Assembly (NCBI GenBank): GCA_000934665.2 | Contig: KZ539016.1 | Location: 1-36,806 of the forward strand | Length of the DNA stretch: 36,806 nt | Reading direction: 5' to 3' | From: Catajapyx aquilonaris | Lineage: Eukaryota | Shown here: positions 33,743-36,806 of the stretch, piece by piece | How positions within the stretch are numbered: the stretch's first letter is position 1 | Layout of the letters: each line of letters begins with the position of its first letter | Notes under the pieces: generated by a model | What the model was told of the DNA's origin: nothing | What the model saw: the letters and a program-made list of their open reading frames with translations, nothing else | The model's database searches: none | Program-made: the position numbers and the translations under genes

Positions 33743-34578
33743 CAAAAGTGAACCTGCTGTTCGTGCTTGGTGCCACTCCCTCGGCCCTGAGTTCTATAGC
33801 CAGCAGTTCCCAGAGAATGCATGTCTGGCACCTCTCTCTTTTCAAATTTTCACGTATGCTCCAAGGAGAAAGTGAGGGTACCAAGCGAAGCAAACATTAT
33901 CTCATTAAAAACATTACACTGGCAAAGGAAATATTAATCAGATGCTTGTGCTTTTCATATGTAAATTTATATTAGATATGATGCACTTTTGTATATAATT
34001 GTTTTATAAAGTGACAACATTCTTTCAAAAACGTCACTTTTGCCATCTGGCAACCAGTGGTCGTTTGTGGAAATGGTTTTGAAGAGGGCATTTCAGGCTT
34101 TCATTTGATGCTACCATCATTGTCCTGTGACATGTATTTAAAAGTCTATGTGCATGGAGGCAAAAATTATCAGCATGCCCTCATATAGCAAAGTAACCCC
34201 CAAACTCTTTATTTAGAGAGAAATTATCGCTTTTGCAATATGTTACTTAAAAATTGATTATTTATAGTGTAATATTATGAAAAACATTTGGCCATTTTCC
34301 CCTCCCTTTTCATTTAATTCCTTAATTTCATCAAGGCCTCTGCGGCTGATTTTCTTGGGATAATTTTTTATTTGCGATAATTTTGACTTGTATGGTGCTA
34401 CAAGGACTGAAAAATTGGTTAAAACTTGAAATAACATCTGTGGACTGACATTGGGACAAGTTGATGCTGTCACAAAGTCACCCCACAAAACTACAAAATT
34501 AATCAAACACCCTCGTATCTTTTACAAAACACGTTCAATCTTGCATTATCTTATATCACTGTTTAGCCAATGTCTGTA

Positions 34579-34800
34579 CAGTGGTGCCTTGTACTTTGAA
34601 CTTAATTTGTTCCAGACAGTCGCTCGAACTCAGAATTCTTGGAAGTCCAAATCAATTTGCCTCAAAAGAAATGATGTCAAGTGAATTAATCCGTCCGCAT
34701 AACCTAAACAATACCTATTTCGAAATCCGCAAATTATTACACATGATAGTTTTAGGAAAACATAACATGATTAAATTACCTAAATAATCAATTAAAACAT
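34579..34800 (+). mobile_element. Left part of a Tigger-like MITE (family of 1729-2517)
   Basis: TA|CAGTGGTGCCTTGTACTTTGAACTTAATT; no right end found. Confidence 0.65.
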
Positions 34801-35198
34801 GAAAGGGTCTTCCAAATTCGTGGGTCGTTTTTTTTAAATAACTGATATCTCCTGATAGTAGTAATTTTTTTGTAGCTTGTCGTGCCCCTAACCAGTATAA
34901 CGTCTGCTATATTCGACTCCCAGGGGATCGAATATAGCAGTTTCTGTAGAATGGGGCACCTGGTTAGGGGCACAAGCAGCTACAAAAAAACACTACTATT
35001 GGTGATATCAGTCATTAAAAATACTGACCCATTAATTTGGAACTCCCTGTATAAGTAAATACTATGTAATAAAATGAAAATTGCAACTACTATACCACAA
35101 AGGAGTGGTGATGTCCCCGTGTGGTGGTGGAAAGGAAGATGGAGAGGAAGAGAAAGGTTACTGTTTGGAAGGGGAGTCACCTTCCACTATACAGTATT

Positions 35199-35946
35199 CA
35201 GGGTGTTTCTAACTAGTCCAGCCAACGGCAGTCAGCATATTCCTTGGCCAAAACAAGTCGAAAATGTAGGGGGGAGAAATGTCGAGCGACCAACCGTTAA
35301 CGAGGTAGTCAACCAGAAACATTGGCTGGTGGTTGCCGAAGTTGCAGGATATGAGCAGTGTTTTTTTTTTTTTTTTTTACTTTTATTTTACGTTACCCCG
35401 TGCTAGGGCCATGGGTCCTTATAGGGGGGGGTGGGATACCACCATTTTCTTCAATTTTCTATTTTTTTTCTTCTTCACTCCGGTGCAAGGATGAAAGGAC
35501 ATGGGGAAGGGATAGGGGATTTTTGGGGAGGGAACATGGGTGCAAGGTGCACGTCTGAAAAACGGGTCATGTGCTGTTCCCCAGGTTAGGTTGCCAGACA
35601 CCTCCTTGGTGCAGGTCAGAGACCCTCCCGACGCAGGTGAAAGGAAAGTTCCCCAGGCGGGGATCGAACCTGGGGCCTTTCACACAGCAAGCCGTGACGT
35701 TACCATCACGGCCACCACACCTCCCCGGATATGAGCAGTGATAATCACATTTGTGAAAGAGGTGACCGTGCAAATCCCAACAGTCGCGATTTTCATGCTC
35801 ATATCCTGCTCCTGATTGACTAATGTTTCTGGTCAAGGTCATTTAAACGGTTGCCCCCTCGACATTTCTCCCCCCTACATTTTCGACTTCTTTTGGCTCA
35901 AGGAATACGCTGAAGGCCGTTGGCTGGACTAGTAACAAACACTCTG
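35199..35946. mobile_element. Tc1/mariner-type MITE with ~135-bp arms, interrupted by a SINE
   Basis: CAGGGTGTTTCTAACTAGTCCAGCCAACGGC / GCCGTTGGCTGGACTAGTAACAAACACTCTG|TA. Confidence 0.85.
35361..35726 (-). mobile_element. tRNA-derived SINE, family C
   Basis: A-box TGGCCGTGATGG, B-box GGTTCGATCCC, poly-A tail, perfect 14-bp TSD GGATATGAGCAGTG. Confidence 0.93.
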
Positions 35947-36806
35947 TATACAACTCTATTGCATAAGTATTGGGCCACCCCCAAGAAATGGAGTGGTGGG
36001 CTTATAAACAAGATGTGATAAAAAGTTTCCATTTGGATCAGGACTTTAGACTGGATAATTATGAATAGTAACAATTTAGCTAGGAGGATACCAAAGTTCA
36101 AGTTAATTTGACAGTTAACAACTGAAATAAATACGATTATACCTTGGACAGTGAATTTCTGTGGGGTCTGATAAAAACTGCTTTCACTATTTTTATTTCT
36201 TACTTAGCGGGATATAAATATTCATAGCGAACCTTCGGAGGGGCCACACAAACCCAAAAACTGTATTGAGATTAATTACAAAAAATCTGCAACGGAATTT
36301 AAAAATATGTATGGTCATTCCAGCTCAACTGAGTCAAAGTGTTGCTCGACCATCTCCGATTTTTCTGAAAAAAATCATGATTGTACACACCTTGGATCTA
36401 ATGCGAAATATCAAATTTCAGCCCTATTGCACAACACCGGTGGGAGGGGGGCACTCCCAAAATTTGGGTCGGCCGGGAAATCAGCTCTTCTTCGGCGAAT
36501 TATTTCGGGGTGTGGGTGTCGTTCAAACCCATCAAACCTATATATCAGAAGAAAGAGGACGACGAGGACAATGCGGCCATGGAAGTGGTTTCACTCGCAA
36601 ATGTAACCAGAAAAAAACGAGGCTGCTTTTACATCGGTCCAATTTCCAAAAATTTGGTCCTCCGAAAATTAGTGATGGAATTGCGCCACACATTTCATAT
36701 TTAGTGACACGAATATAGATCCACACAAGTTGCAATGTGTCAAGGTTGAAGCTTGAGTCATGCATATTTCTGGAGAAAAAAAATCGGAAACTTTGGGTTT
36801 TTGGTC

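Noticed and set aside
36237..36806. Possible IR element and 150-aa ORF at the window end
   Set aside because: Only a short AAACCCAAA/TTTGGGTTT match, truncated by the window edge; the ORF has no recognisable domain.
33136..36806. Further upstream ANAPC1 exons
   Set aside because: No APC1-like peptide with splice sites found; the next exon probably lies beyond the window.

Overview
Eukaryotic genomic DNA, most likely from an insect or other arthropod with a large, transposon-rich genome. It holds the 3' parts of two convergent housekeeping genes: the last 4 coding exons of VPS26C/DSCR3 (+ strand, stop at 3333) and the last 11 coding exons of ANAPC1/APC1 (- strand, 33135 down to the stop at 7374). 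All exon phases join in frame. By my hand count over half the window is transposon-derived: fold-back and MITE elements of Tc1/mariner, pogo/Tigger, PIF/Harbinger, Kolobok-like and Sola-like types, plus several tRNA-derived SINE families, often nested. I see no prokaryotic-type system and no new protein-coding system; most ORFs in the track are TE noise. The best leads are: two consecutive 75-nt GC-AG introns in APC1; a MITE insertion that creates an AATAAA just after the APC1 stop; an APC1 intron that is a ~55-nt mini-intron plus one fold-back element; an unclassified 714-bp CpG-rich element with an 8-bp TSD; and SINE families with swapped tails that share a 3' stem-loop. Family assignments come from my recall of TIR/TSD rules and protein motifs, not from database searches.
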